DNA of 64,000 nt from the human T2T-CHM13v2.0 reference genome, Homo sapiens, in NCBI RefSeq assembly GCF_009914755.1, contig NC_060927.1. One strand, 5' to 3'. The notes under the pieces were generated by a model. That model was not told the origin of the DNA. It made no database searches and worked only from the letters and a program-made list of their open reading frames with translations. This document shows, in pieces, positions 46,267 to 61,576 of the stretch. The position numbers were made by a program, and so were the translations under genes. Position 1 is the stretch's first letter. The number at the start of each line of letters is the position of its first letter.

Positions 46267-47744
46267 CTCTCACCCCCACGTTATTGGTGAAATAACTGCT
46301 TCTCCTTGAGTTCAAAGATAACCTGCAAACAGTATTTAGGAAAATAGTATTAGCGTTTTTATTCTTCTACCTATCCTATTTTGGGCTTTCATGTTATAAA
46401 TTCAGCAGTGTTAGTATAGTGATTTATTGGTTAGTAAATCTCCAAGGAAAGGAAAAGCAGAATGGAGGAGATCAGCAGTTAATTAACCTAACTTTGAGTA
46501 AGTACCAGGCTAATAACAAGCAGCTCTGTGATTCTGTTGAACATACACATTCTATGGAACAGACACCTAGAGAAGATGGACCTTGGCTCTACTCTATAAC
46601 CTAGGGAAAGATAATGAATTCATATCATTTAACAGGTCCACATATTCATAAGTTAAAAGTCAACAATAAAGGAACATTTTCACTTCTATAAAATGTTGCT
46701 AAACGCATATTAACATGACAAATATATTTAGAGCCAAAATCACTTTTATGACAATGACTGAATAGTTTTTCCTACTAAAATGGACTCAAATCAATAGAAG
46801 AAAAGACCCCTATAAGGGGATTTCCAGTCTAAATGATTATATACAACTATCATCTAAGTAACTCATAAGGCCCAGGCAATACTCTCATCTGAAACATTTG
46901 CATTCTTATACAAAGGAGTCTTTGGAAAAATTATAAATACTCAGACGCACGAAGTAGTAACACAAACAAAGGAAAACAGACAAATGAGACAAATAATTCT
47001 CTGATGTCTTATATATTAAAAGAAAACTTCAAAGGGGATATTATTAAGGTTCACAGGCCCCTCATACTTGACACTACTATTCTTCTATGCCTCAGAGAGA
47101 GTTATATGAGTCTAACCAGGGAAAATAAAAATGTCGGCTTTATTAGTTGTATTACAGATAAAGGTGATGCAAAACTGCTTAGATGAGCGACAATGGTTTC
47201 CTGACATTTCACTCCAGAATTAGGCAGGCTTAGCCTTCCTGGCACAGGCAGACCACCTCAGGCCCTCCCCATAAGGGCAAGCCCCATTATTGCGTGGTAA
47301 AGAGAACAGCAAAATACGTCCACTCTCTATGTGCAGCAAACACCAAAGAGAAAGAAGGGGAAAAGTTGAGCTAGAGTGTCAGGGTCTTCTACAGAAATTT
47401 AGGAGACAGACTCTTTCTCTGGGGAGTCATTAGAGAAATATCCAAATGTTACTCCAGTGATTGTCCTTCTACTTAGAGACTAGAAGCCCTGGAATGGAAG
47501 TCATTCCACACTAATGTCAAAGTGCAAGATACCTGCATTTTATGCATAAGGGGAATTTCATCACCTCAAGGTATGTAGAGGATGCTGAATATTTTTTGGC
47601 TGTCCAGAATTGATTCCTCATTCTTTGGCAACTAACATTGATCTTCCTTGAGGAATTCTTTGCCCCTATTGAATGCAGTCTTGGTAGGGCTATGAATCAC
47701 GGTGTCTTGTCGTATCCTAGCCATGGGCTAGACATATAAGTTGG

Positions 47745-47910
47745 TATTTTTGAAACTTGACTGTGTACCAGTTACCTAGCGGATTCTTTAAAATGCCCAC
47801 TGCCGGGCCCACCATCAGATTAGGTCTGGGATGGGGCATAAGGATTTGCATTTTTATCACATTCTCAGGTGATACTGGTGCTGCTGATACAGGGACTGCA
47901 CTTTGAGAGA
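47745..47910. mobile_element. MER5A-like hAT element
   Basis: taggtctgggatggggc..atttgcattttta..caggtgatactggtgctgctg..cactttgaga. Confidence 0.7.
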
Positions 47911-48420
47911 AAATGTTCTAAGCTATGTCCATTGGACTCTCCCTCTTCAGACTCTGATTTACAACAAAAAGACCAAAATAATCATTACTTCACTCATCCC
48001 AGCACTTGCTCCAACAACATGGTACAATGCCTGCTGCCAAGATTTCTGGAGCCAGTTTCCTATACATTCTTAAGTTAGGTTGTTTCTTAGCTAATAATTG
48101 TTTGTAATATCCTTAATTCTCAGCTAGAGTTCACAAACCCTTAAAGGATACAGATTATGAAATGTTGGTGCTTTGTACATAGTAGTTTTTTTCAATAAAT
48201 ATTTGTTGTCTCAACAAATATGAAGAGTTCAGAAATAATCTTCTATGTAGAGAGGACAAGGTTTTATCACAGATCAACAGTGGACCAACTAACACCCTGC
48301 CCTGCTGTTGAGTTCTTGCAAGATAGAATAGTTTTGCCCTTTTATTCCAATTCTAAAGTCATCCGCTTTTATTAATATCCATCAATATTTAAGTAGTTCA
48401 TTTACAACCTTACACAGTGT

Positions 48421-48756
48421 TTTTTTTTTTTTTTTTTTTTTGAGACGGAGTCTCACTCTGTCCCCCAGGCTGGAGTACAGTGGCGCGATCTGGGCTCACT
48501 GCAAGCTCCACCTCCCGAGTTCACGCCATTCTCCTGCTTCAGCCTCCCGGGTTCACGCCATCTCCTGCCTCGGCCTCCCGAGTAGCTGGGACTACAGGCG
48601 CCCGACACCACGCCCAGCTAATTTCTTTTGTATTTTTAGTATAGACGAGGTTTCACCGTGTTAGCTAGGATGGTCGCAATTTCCTGACCTCGTGATCCGC
48701 CCGCCTCGGCCTCCCAAAGTGCTGGGATTACAGGCGTTGAGACACCGCGCCCGGCC
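48421..48756 (-). mobile_element. AluY with an internal ~32-bp tandem duplication
   Basis: Reverse AluY; TSD tta(ca/cg)cagtgttttt; duplicated unit at 48511-48573. Confidence 0.95.
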
Positions 48757-48863
48757 ATTACGCAGTGTTTTTAACCTTTCTAGGACACAAGGTTCTTTGA
48801 GTACTTGAAAAATCTGGGAAATCTCTCTGTAGAACAAATGTGTGTGTGCACATATGTATACGT

Positions 48864-48889
<26 letters not shown>
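48864..48889. repeat. (CA)n microsatellite
   Basis: Seen directly. Confidence 0.92.
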
Positions 48890-48894
<5 letters not shown>

Positions 48895-50730
48895 ATAACA
48901 GTTTTCATACAACTGAGGAGGGGATCAGATCATCTAAGATATATGGGCCTCAGGTTAAGAACCTCTGCTAGCAATTCCATTCATCCAATGACGCAGAAGT
49001 AGGTTTGCAACCCCTTTGTCTTAGCTGCTTCAGTGCTAGCCTTTCTAGAAGTGCTTCATTGACATTTTCTTTTATGATGACTGTGTACATTTGATGATGG
49101 GTTCCTTACAAATTATCTTGCAGTGAAACAAAATGGTAATGTTGCTCAAGAAGCTGGGTCTTGAGTCACACATTTCTTCATACAATATAGAGGGCTTCAA
49201 TTTGCTTTCCCAGTAACATCTCAGTCCTGACAACCTGAACATTCTTGTCCCTCCTCCAAGCAGAGAGTTTATCACCAACTAGTCAAGCGCAGGTTCTGGT
49301 GGGCCAACACACCTTTCATAAGGTAATAAAACTTTAGTGCTAGTTCAATGGACTCGTTTAAGCATCTGACTCTTCATTTGCACTGCAGCACCTTCTCTGT
49401 ATCTCAGGTTTTTGATTCTGAGCATAACCTTGAAATAACATCTACTCCAAGGCTTCTAAAAACATACGTGAGAAATAATGAGAAATGGTGAGAAATAATA
49501 TTCATGGTAAGTTAGCTAAAAGAAATGTGGCCTATGTATTCCTCAAGAGTCTTGAGTGTTAATATTCAGTTACCCTTAAGTTGTGAGCGGTAAAAGAAGT
49601 AACCTTTAAAATTGATTGTATTTTACTTTAAGTATGAGGAGTATAAGTAGTACATTACTCACTGTTCTCTCTGTGGGCATCCACTGGATTTGGACACACA
49701 CATAACATTTCTTGGCCAGGAGGAGTTGTGTATCTCCTTATCACATTGTTTCATTTCATCTTACAGATGCTGTGGATTGTTAATTCACAGTATTTTTCTC
49801 TGTTCATTTGTTACCACAAAGCTCTCAGCCAAAATTGTGGATCTCAACTAAGTTGGTATATATTTTGTAAACTAACTTCATACATTCATTCCACAAATAT
49901 TTATTAACATGGACCTTGCTCTGTCATAAACAATAAAGATTCCATGGTGAGGATTTATGCTGTTCTAAAGAAACTTACATTCTAGGCAACTGGAACACTG
50001 GCATATTTTTTCTCCTCAGTGTTCACTTTGTGTATTATTTGATAAACTGTCTCCAATTCTTTGTGAAATACGACACGATATAAGTAAATGAAATAGAATA
50101 GAAGATATAAAGTTATTAAAAGTAGGCTAGAGTAACAAAGAAATAAATACAATAAAGTATAAGTTTATAAAATTATCTAAACTAAGAAAACAAGATTTTA
50201 TTAAACTTTGAAATACTACTATTTTCTTAAGTAAATTCATAAATGCTAAGAAAAAATAAGTGTTTAAAATAATCTTTAAGCTAAAGTTAAAGGTGTCTCT
50301 TTTTTAGTATTTGAATGTAAAAGGTTAGAAAATAATCTCTCTTCTTTTCCAAAACAGGATAGATTTTTATATATTCCTTCTCAATTATATATATATATTT
50401 TTAGAATTTCAGACTCAAAAAGGGTCAGATACTCTCATCTTCCCATAAATGCTACTCGAGCAATGAAATCTGCATTAGGACAGAATTGTAAAATACACAA
50501 ATAAGATCACAAAGTGGAAAATGGGTCATAGTACAAAATGAATTGTTTGGAGTGAGGCAGTGAGAAATTTACCTCAGTGTAACAATTCTATAGACTTTGT
50601 ATAACAGATCATAAATTATGAGTAAGTCCTCTCCAGGGATCACAATATAGGAGGCAGAAATCATCATTACCAATCTGTATTTTCCACAGAAGTGCAATGG
50701 AAACGGCACTTCACTCGACATCTCATTTGA

Positions 50731-50788
50731 CATCCATCCATCCATCCATCCATCCATCCATCCATCCATCCATCCATCCATGCATCCA
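50731..50788. repeat. (CATC)n tetranucleotide STR
   Basis: About 12 perfect units seen directly. Confidence 0.95.
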
Positions 50789-51255
50789 CTCACCTGACCT
50801 GTTTCCATGAAGGGCTTCAGGGAGGGGGAAGAACATACTAAAATATAGCACACTCCATATTTTTTAATAGAAAGCCTCAAGTAGAAATCTATACAAAAAT
50901 CAATTTTTTACATTTCTAAGAAATAGTCGCAATAAATTAAACTGGAAAATTATACGTACTTTTAAGACATGGGAAGCTGTCCAAGAAAGAGTGAAATGCA
51001 CTTCAACAAATATTTGTTGAGTACTTAAAATGCAGTAAGTGTTTTGGAAAATACAAGTATGAGTAAGAATTATTCCCACACAGGACACAGTCTAAAGGCC
51101 AAGTTGGGAGCTGTATAATTCATGCACAACAAACATAAAATGTGATCATTAGGTAGGAAATATTATGTCATAAGCATGAATTCAGCCAGCTCTACCTCAA
51201 GAATACACAGTCTCTTTTTCTCAGCTGCCACTACTGTGACCCTAAACCAAATCTC

Positions 51256-51525
<270 letters not shown>

Positions 51526-51719
51526 ACCCCACAAGGCCTTTCTTGAAATGTACCATATAATGATAGTTTCTTTTTCTTTATGGCTAAAAAAATTTTATCT
51601 TTTCCACTTATTTATATTTTTTCTGTTCCTTATGCAAGCTCCATGAAGAAGAGACCATGTCTGTCTTATTCACTGTGGTATCCTCAGAGCCTTACACATG
51701 GCAGAGCACGTGGTAGGTG

Positions 51720-53130
51720 TTCCAGATTGCATTTCCAAAAGGTGAACACAGTATTTCTCAACCCTCTTGCCCCACTAAATCCTTGCCACTCTCCCATTAA
51801 AAGGTTCATTGATGGATGACTAAAGAAAATGTGGTACATATGTAAACAGAATATTATTCAGCCTTAAAAAAGAAGATCCTGCTATTTGTCACAACATGGA
51901 TGAACCTAGAGGACATTATGTGAAATGAAGTAAACCAGACATAGGTTTGATCTCACTTATATGTGGAATGTTTTACAGTTGGAAAAAAAAAGTAGAATGG
52001 TGATTGCCTGGAGCTGGAGGATGGGGGAGATGGAGAAATGCTGGTCAAAGGACAAAGGTTCTGTTATGCAGACTGAGTAAGCTCTGGAGCTCTAGTATAC
52101 AGCATGGGAATTATAGTTAATTGCACTGTATTATGTACTTGAAATTGCTAAGAGAGCTGATCTTAAGTGTTCTCAACACACACACACACACAAAATGGTA
52201 ACTATGTGCGGTGATAGATATGATATGATAATTAGCTTGATTGTGGTATTGACTTCACAATGTATACATATATCAAAATATTACCTTCTGCTCCTTAAAT
52301 ATATGTAATTTTTACTTGTCAAGTATACCTTACTAAAACTGAGGGGGAGAAAGTAAAGTCTAACTTCTCTCCCTTTGAATTTGGATAGCTTGTGACTCAC
52401 TGGTCACCAGTGGAATGCAGGGAAAGTGATGGTGTCTTCAGAGCCTAGGGAATTCAGCTTCCACCTTGCTAGCTTGAACATTCATTCTTAATGCCTTTAG
52501 CTGCCCTAGGTAGGCATTATGACTCTTGCTGAGGCCATGATAGCATAGGAAGCCTACACTCACCCATGCGGAGAGACCATAAGCAGAGGCCTTGGGCTTC
52601 ATGAGAGGAGAGACTGTAATGGACACCTATCTTCCAGCTGCTGTCTCCAGCCCCCATCCCACTGCAGCCACAGGAGACACACTGAGCAAATACTGCCTTG
52701 TCAATCAATCTCTGCCGGAATGCCTGACCCATGGAAACCTTGAGAGATGATAAAATGATTGTTGCTTTACACCATTACATTGTTTTAGCAGGGCACATGG
52801 TGGCTCATGCCTGTAATCCTAGAACTTTTGGAGGCAGAAGTAGGAGGACTGCTTGAGGCCAGGAGTTTGAGACCAGCCTGGGCAACACACTGAGACCCCA
52901 TCTCTATAAAAAAAAAATATAAAAATTACCAAGGTGTGGTAGCATATGGCTGTAGTCCCAGCCACTCTGGAGGCTGAGGCAGGAGACACATGTGAGCCTA
53001 GGAATTGGAGACTGCAATGAGTTATGATCATGTCATTGTACTCCAGTCTGGGTGACACAGCGAGACCCTGTCTCTTAAAAAAAAAAAAAAAGTTTTAGAG
53101 TGATTTGTTATGCAGCAAAAGTTAATGGGA
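51720..53130 (+). mobile_element. MLT1H-like LTR interrupted by an L1MA 3' end (~51805-52345) and an AluJ (~52791-53091)
   Basis: Collinear LTR pieces gattgcatttccaaaag.., ..ccctttgaatttgg..gtgactc.. and ..gttttagagtgatttgttatgcagcaa surround the two insertions. Confidence 0.7.
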
Positions 53131-54286
53131 ACAGTAGATGTTAAATAAATATTTGAAGAATAAATCAATGTTGAAATGAACAAACATGTACAGAGCAGAG
53201 GCTTAGGGTACAAACAGGGATAAGGTGAAGGCTTTGCAAGAATACAGGTGAGATGGTCTTCTACACAAACAGACATAATACACTGTGTTAAATGATACTA
53301 CTGAATATATAAAGAAACCAAAGTGGTAAAACATAAGAAAGAGCAATTAATCTTGCCTATTCAGCTCCAGGAAGGCTTCCCATAGCAAGTAACAATAAAG
53401 CTGGACCTTGACTGATATGTAAGGGTTTTCTAGGTTGAGAAGAAAAGACATTCCAGCCAGAGAAAACCACAAGACTACAAATACAGAATGCAAGGAGAAT
53501 TCTGCTTCTTTCTCTTCTCCTTTCTTTTCAAACTTATTCAAAAGGTAATGATATATGAACTCTTGTACTGCAACTTGATTTTGTTAAAACAGTCAATTTT
53601 CTTACTTCTAGAGAAAGCTCCTTTTCCCCCATCTTAAAAATATTAGAAGAAAAAAATGCAAAAGTAGCATGTAATGATATTGGGCGTTTCTATGATTGCG
53701 TTAATATTTTTTTCTTTGAATTTCAAGTGAGAGCAGGGAAACAGAACAGGGATTGGTCTATGGTTAAATGCATGTGGGATTTTTGGGCCTGAGTGAGAAA
53801 TGCTGTATGACCAAAAGAATATGGTATGGGTAGTTACTCCCTGTAAATAAAACATTTATACTGGGCAAAGATATGAATTATTTATCCAGTTCTAACAACG
53901 AACTGGCTTGAAGTAGATTCAAATCCCCAGCACATTCAGATTCATTAACCTGCATTCCCCAAGGAAAATCACAACACTGACGAAATATATTTTAAGGTGG
54001 CCTTAACTTCTATGATCCATAAAACCAAATTTGAAATATGGATCTAAGAACTGCATGGTTAGCTGCAAAATTTAGTTGATATGATTTTAGAGACCATGTG
54101 TCAGCAATCTGTTTAAAATAACATTTGGGTGGAATTTACTTAAGAAGGTTGAAATAATGTGCAATTCAGTTGATTGTTCTAAAAAAGAAAGGTCTGTACT
54201 TACCTTTCTTTTCAGCCCAGACTTATTACTCTTAAGGCATCTGAGCAACATGATGGAAACAGTTAAGTAATAATAAAAAAGACATA

Positions 54287-55080
54287 CTAGCAGCCAACAA
54301 ACATGAAAAAATGCTCAACATCACTAATTATCAGAGAAATTCAAATTAAAACCACAATGAGATACCATCTCACACCAGTCAGAATGGCTATATTAGAAAG
54401 TCAAGACATAACAGATGTTGGTGAGGGTACACAGAAAAGGGAACACATATACTGCTAGTGGGAATGTAAATTAGTTCAATCCTTATGGAGAACAGCATGG
54501 AGATTTTTCAAAGAACTAAGAACATAACTACCATCCAACTCAGCAATCCCACTACTGGGTATCTACCCAATGGAAAATAAATCATTCTAGTGAAAAAGTA
54601 CCTGTACTCCTATGTTTATCACAGCACTATTCCCAAGAGTAAAGTCATGGGATCAACCTAGTTGCCCATGAACAGTGTATTGGATAAAGAAAATATGGTA
54701 CATATACAGCATGGAATACTATACAGCCATAAAACAGAATGAAATCATGTTATTGGCAGCCACAAGGATGCAGATGGAGGTCATTATTGTAATTAAATTA
54801 ATGTAGAAACACAAAATAAAAAAAAAAGCACATTCTCCCTTATAAAGTGGGAGCTAAACAATGGGTACACATGGACATAAATATGGAAACAACAGACTTT
54901 GGGGACTCCAAAAGCGGGGAGGAAAGCAGGGAGACCAGGATTGAAAAACCATGTTTTCATAGGGTACCATGTTCACTATATTTGGGTGATGGGTTCAATA
55001 GAGGCCCAAACTCCAGCACTATACAATATGCCCTTGTAACAAACCTGCACATTTGCCCTCTGAACCTACAATTAAGTAAG
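54287..55080 (+). mobile_element. 5'-truncated L1 (L1PB/L1MA-like) 3' end
   Basis: aaaccacaatgagataccatctcacaccagtcagaatggc..gtaacaaacctgcacat; flanks share aaagacata. Confidence 0.88.
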
Positions 55081-56389
55081 TAAAGACATAAGTAGATAAA
55101 TAAATACATGAAAGCCATATTAACAGCATCAGAAACCTTTTGCTGAGCATCTACAGAGAAGTCATTATAGCAGATACTTTACACACATTATTCTGATCTT
55201 TGCAATCCACTGAGTTTTAAAAAGGCGGGGGTCCCACAGAATGTGAGAGAAACGGGGCAGCGACAAAGTTGGAAATAATTTGTCCACAGGAAACCTTGGG
55301 TTTATCTGCCTATCAGGGAAACCAATCTCTTTAACTCATCCCTCACTAAGAGTGTGTGCCACACAAATGCCACCCACGAGGCTGACTAACTCTGTTTAAG
55401 GATTCCTGGCCTCATTTTCCAGTAAGGAAGCCAAGGCTCAGGAATTATGTAACTTGTCTAACACCCCATAGGTGGCAAGTGACACAGCCAAGATCTGACC
55501 CACATCTTTCTGATTTCCATGCTTTGCCCTTTCCATATGCTAAAATTAAAGAAGCAAGTAAAACGTATGTTTAACTTCATCTGACACAGTGAATAATGTG
55601 CATCGCAATTCCTATACTGCATGCCAGTTAGGCATTAATAATTCATGTAAATAATGATACAAATACCCACACAGAAACTGAAGCTGTCTGGTGGCTAATA
55701 GGGGAAGATTTGTAAGTATATGCTGGTGGTGGAGGGTAGGGTATTAGAGAGAGGAGGTGATTATCACACCATGAGCCCCATCCCAAACCCAAACTCTGGG
55801 ATTTCATTGACTCTTCTCCTGATTATCTTCACTCTTAAATCAGCTTAATCTTCTCATAGAGTATGGGAGTTATTGGCAAAGGACCTCATTCCTTTTCTTT
55901 TTCCAGCTGAAAGCAGAAGAGAAATAGAGGTATGGGTTGGGGAAGCCAGGTCAGGAAGGAAGCTGTGCTCTACTCTCTAGAACTCTTGCTTATTTACCCA
56001 GGCATCTCAATCATCTCTTTAAGAGAAGAGTTCTGCCTCCAATGTTCACCTCCTTTGAAGAAGACAAATGGTTTTCTATCTGTGGAAGAACTCAAGCCAG
56101 GCTTTCTTATTTTCACGATCATATGTGAACTTTGCCACTGACACAACTGGAATAAAAGAATAAATACCCAGTTTTGCTTCTTACCTGTGTAATCCTTTCT
56201 GTTTAGACAGCATGTTCCCTACTCTCTTGCTTTGCTGCATTTTACATCCCTTCCTTTGAGATTTCTGCCCTCATGGAGCTGCTCTCCTGCTTCCCAAGGC
56301 TGAGACAGCATTTCTTCTCTCTGCTTCTTACTGGTTTAAAAGACCATGTGGCAACAGTCTCTATAAACACCTTCACTAGAGGCAGGATG

Positions 56390-56511
56390 GAATGTCCAGT
56401 GTGCTCAGCCAGTCCTAGTTTACATGTGTTGTCTTGGAGGTAATTACTAACAGTGCCCCCTTTCCCTTCTAAAATGTCCCAGTTTGTTGAATAACTTCCA
56501 TGGTCACCTTA
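56390..56511. mobile_element. hAT-Blackjack MITE (MER94/MER81-like)
   Basis: ..aaaatgtcccagtttg..atggtcacctta terminal motif. Confidence 0.5.
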
Positions 56512-57463
56512 ATCGTATAGTCTATTCCACTGTAATTGATGGTTTAGTTATCCACATTCTAAACAGACTGTGGGCTTTTTGACGGCTCCTTGATGTCTCT
56601 TATTCATCTATGTATTCCCAGAGCCGGACATAATACCCAGTGAAAAATAACAATATGATAAATTAGAAAACAACATGGAGTACCTTCCTTCTAGGCAGAA
56701 GGCAGGGACATCAATCAATCTGGTTTTTAAAAGTGATGGCATCCACATATGAAATAAAATTCTCCCTGTGCTTCAAGGTTCAACAGTTAGAAATTCAAGT
56801 AAGATACAAAAGCAAAAGACTCACTGAGATCTCAGCTACGTATCTGAGGGTAGATTCACTGAAACTCACTGAGCTTGCACGCCTACCTGACAGTTGCGAG
56901 GGAACAACTGTTTTGATGGGTAGACCACGGATGTAGAAGAAGATTAAAATAAAGTCAAGCTTTTTGGATGAAGGGGGCAGTGGAAGGCTGAGAGAGATGG
57001 GAGTGGCATTTTGAACAGTATGAAGAAAAGTGGACTCCACTGTGAGGAGAGGAGCCAGGTAGTGTAAGGGAAGGGGAAAGAGATGGAGAGAGACACATTC
57101 CTTTGGCAAAGGAATCTCTGTTCTTCATTTAAAAGCTTGAGTCAAGGGGAAGTGCCACCTAAAACAGATTTGTTTGATAGTGACAGAGTTTCTAGACACA
57201 TCTTTATCAAAGCGAGGCTGTGGCCACTAGGAGGGGCAATGACAGAAATGCTAAGTGGTCTTGGCTCTGATAGAATCATCCTGGTTATTTGCAAAAGTTT
57301 AGATTCTGCTTGTAAGTACCATCATCACATTACTCAGTGCTTCACAAATGGCAAAAGTGGCCAGTTAGGAGCATTTCTTGAGCTTTTAAACTCCTTTATG
57401 GAACTACTTGATCAGGGTGGAGATGAATGTAAAACTGCATGTAACTTTTAAAATTAAGGCATA

Positions 57464-57777
<314 letters not shown>

Positions 57778-59346
57778 AAAATTAAGGCATAATTTAAATA
57801 CAGTATAATACACCTTTTTCTGATGCACAGTTCTGTGCACTTTAACAGATGAATGCAGTCATGTCATCTCTCACAATCATGGGCTACAGCAGGTCCCTCA
57901 CCCCAAAAATCCTTCTGTGTCCCTGACAGTCAACCTCTACACCCACTCCCAGCCTCTGGCAAGCAGTGATCACTATTTTTTTCCCTAAAACTGCTCCTTT
58001 TTCAAAAATGTCATATAAATCCAATAATACAGCATATAATGCTTACTGCATTTTAATGCCAGCTTTTATCTATGTGCAGGAAATACATTAAGATTGGGTA
58101 ATATCTTTTAAAAACATTGCCTGGATTATAGTTATTCATATTTGGAAAAAAATTCACTCTTTCTTTAAAAGGCATTTAATTTTCAATAGTATTAAATGTT
58201 GCATAAAACATTTGAAATAATTTTAATGTGTTAATTAGAAGCAATGAGCCATTCTTTTACTTTCTTCTGACTGAGGTTATTGCAATAAAATATTTACTAT
58301 TATAAGCAATAGCATTCAAATGAAGGATCCCATTTAAAAAAATAATTAGCTACTATGTTTCAAGTACCACTAAGTGATAGAGATAAGTTAAATAATCTTT
58401 AAAATACACCAACTGGCTCTTTCTCACAAACCACGTCTGTTCTCATTCTCAAGGGTCTTTTTCAATGTTAGTTTCCTTAAAAGAGACAAAACATACAGTT
58501 TTGATTTGTCTCTTTTGGAAATAGGTGGATTTAAGTGAATGAATGAATGAAATAGCACAAAAACATTGACACCTGGTGAAATACTATGGAATACTGAAAA
58601 AGGCAGTACATTTTTGTTTATTCCAAAATGTTTCTTGCTGCAGGGAGAAAAAAAGCACAATAACTTTACCCAATATTGGACTGTATAATACCAATATAAA
58701 ACAAACAAACAAAAAAAGCCAAAATAAGAAAAAGAAAAACCTTTACTCAATACTGAATGCCAGTAATTATGACGTTTAGAATAGTTGAGCACCAGGTGAC
58801 TTGGCATTTATTTAATAAATCAATCACTAAATCATTAAATGAGGCTGTAACACAGTTCTCTCTACTGATAACTTGTATGTACGAGAGTTTCAGAGGTAAG
58901 CTGTACAGCCTCTACCATTTAAAGACATCTACCCTTCCTAGAAAGTTGTATCCACTACAATGGCTCAGCTACCATCTCCAAGCTCATGACACATAAATCT
59001 CTGTTTCTATAGCCTGAGTCTTTCTCCTAAGTTCCAGATTCAGTCAACCTTTGTATGCACGGATATATCCAGTTGGTTTTTCAGTAGGTACTTCAAACTC
59101 AACCAATCCCAAACTGAACTTATCCTATTTGCCCTCATTTCTGCCATTTCTATAAGGTTCCCTGTCACTCTGAATGGGTCTGCCATGCTCCCTGAATCCT
59201 AACCTGGAAATCTAGGATTTATCCTCGACTCCTGTCTTCTCTTCAAATCATGCCTCTAATCAACAGGTCTTGTTGATATAACATTTTCTCAAACTCCTCA
59301 AGGCTTCACTTCATTCCCACTGTCATTTCTTTAGTTCAGGCTGTAA

Positions 59347-59747
<401 letters not shown>

Positions 59748-59972
59748 TGGTCCTCTTTTTTAAACAGAAATTTAATCCTGTACATCTTCTACTTTGATTT
59801 TATTCTGTTGCATCCCAGTGCTTGTGGAATAAAGCCCAAATTCCTTAATTCGGTATACACTGTCATTGACAATAAGACCCCTGCTTACCTCTACTGCCCA
59901 ATTCTCTCTGAACACTCCCCTCCATGGCACCTTAAAATGGAGGCCCATTGAACAATCAGTTACTCAAGTACC

Positions 59973-60305
59973 TGCTATGCTCTGAATATGTCCCTCCAAA
60001 ATCCATGGTGAAACCTCATGCTCATTGTGATGGTATAAAGAAGGGGGGCCTTTGGGAAGTTATTAAGACATAGGGGTATAAGGTCAGTGCCCTTACAAAA
60101 GAGATTGAATGGAGCTGCCTTGCCCCTTCTACCATGTGAGGATGCAGCAACAAGGCCCCATCTATGCATCAGAGAGTGAGCCCTCACCAGACTGGTGCCT
60201 TGTTCTTAGACTTCCCAGCCTCCAGAACTGTGAACAATAAACTTCCATTATTTATAAATTACCCAATCTAGTATTTTGTTATAGTAGCCCAAATGAACTA
60301 AGGCA
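59973..60305 (+). mobile_element. MaLR solo LTR (MLT1A-like)
   Basis: TGCTATG..CA termini; 5-bp TSD GTACC at 59968-72 and 60306-10. Confidence 0.87.
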
Positions 60306-60913
60306 GTACCCAAACCATGACTGGCCTCTGTACCTTTGCACGTGCTATTCTTTCTTCCTGGAATACTCTTCTCCAACAAAAACCCTGGTCATCTTTCAAG
60401 TCCTGCTGCAGACATCACCTTCTCTAGAGAGCTTGTCCTGATCCCTAATTTGGAGATAAGAGCCTTCCTAGGTGATTCCCTGAACATCCTGTACTTTGCC
60501 AATTGAGTTTTATTGTACCTGTCCTGTTACCTGTCTGTATACCCTGAAAAGCTACAAACAATGGCATCAATGTATCTGATAAATAATAAATACCTAGTGC
60601 CTAGCATATAGTAGGTACTCAAGGTATTTTCAAGTGTGAACTTAAATGTAAGAGCCCAGGAATCACTTTTTGCAGGATAAGCCTTTGTTATCTACTCATA
60701 GCAGCTTTTTGAAGACCTCTGTTGGGCAGTAATCCATTTACTACTCTAGCTTGAAATGCTCTCCATACTTGAAAGAAACAACTCTCATTTCTTCAAAGTG
60801 ATTCTATAATTTAGGTGCCTCACTGACTGAGATCCACATGATCACGGCTGATTCATAATTGCAAAGCTGTTATTGTGCTGCTATAAAACTTTATAAACCA
60901 GGTGGATTATGAT

Positions 60914-61219
<306 letters not shown>

Positions 61220-61251
61220 GATTATTCAAATCTATTATACGATTTACATAG

Positions 61252-61576
<325 letters not shown>

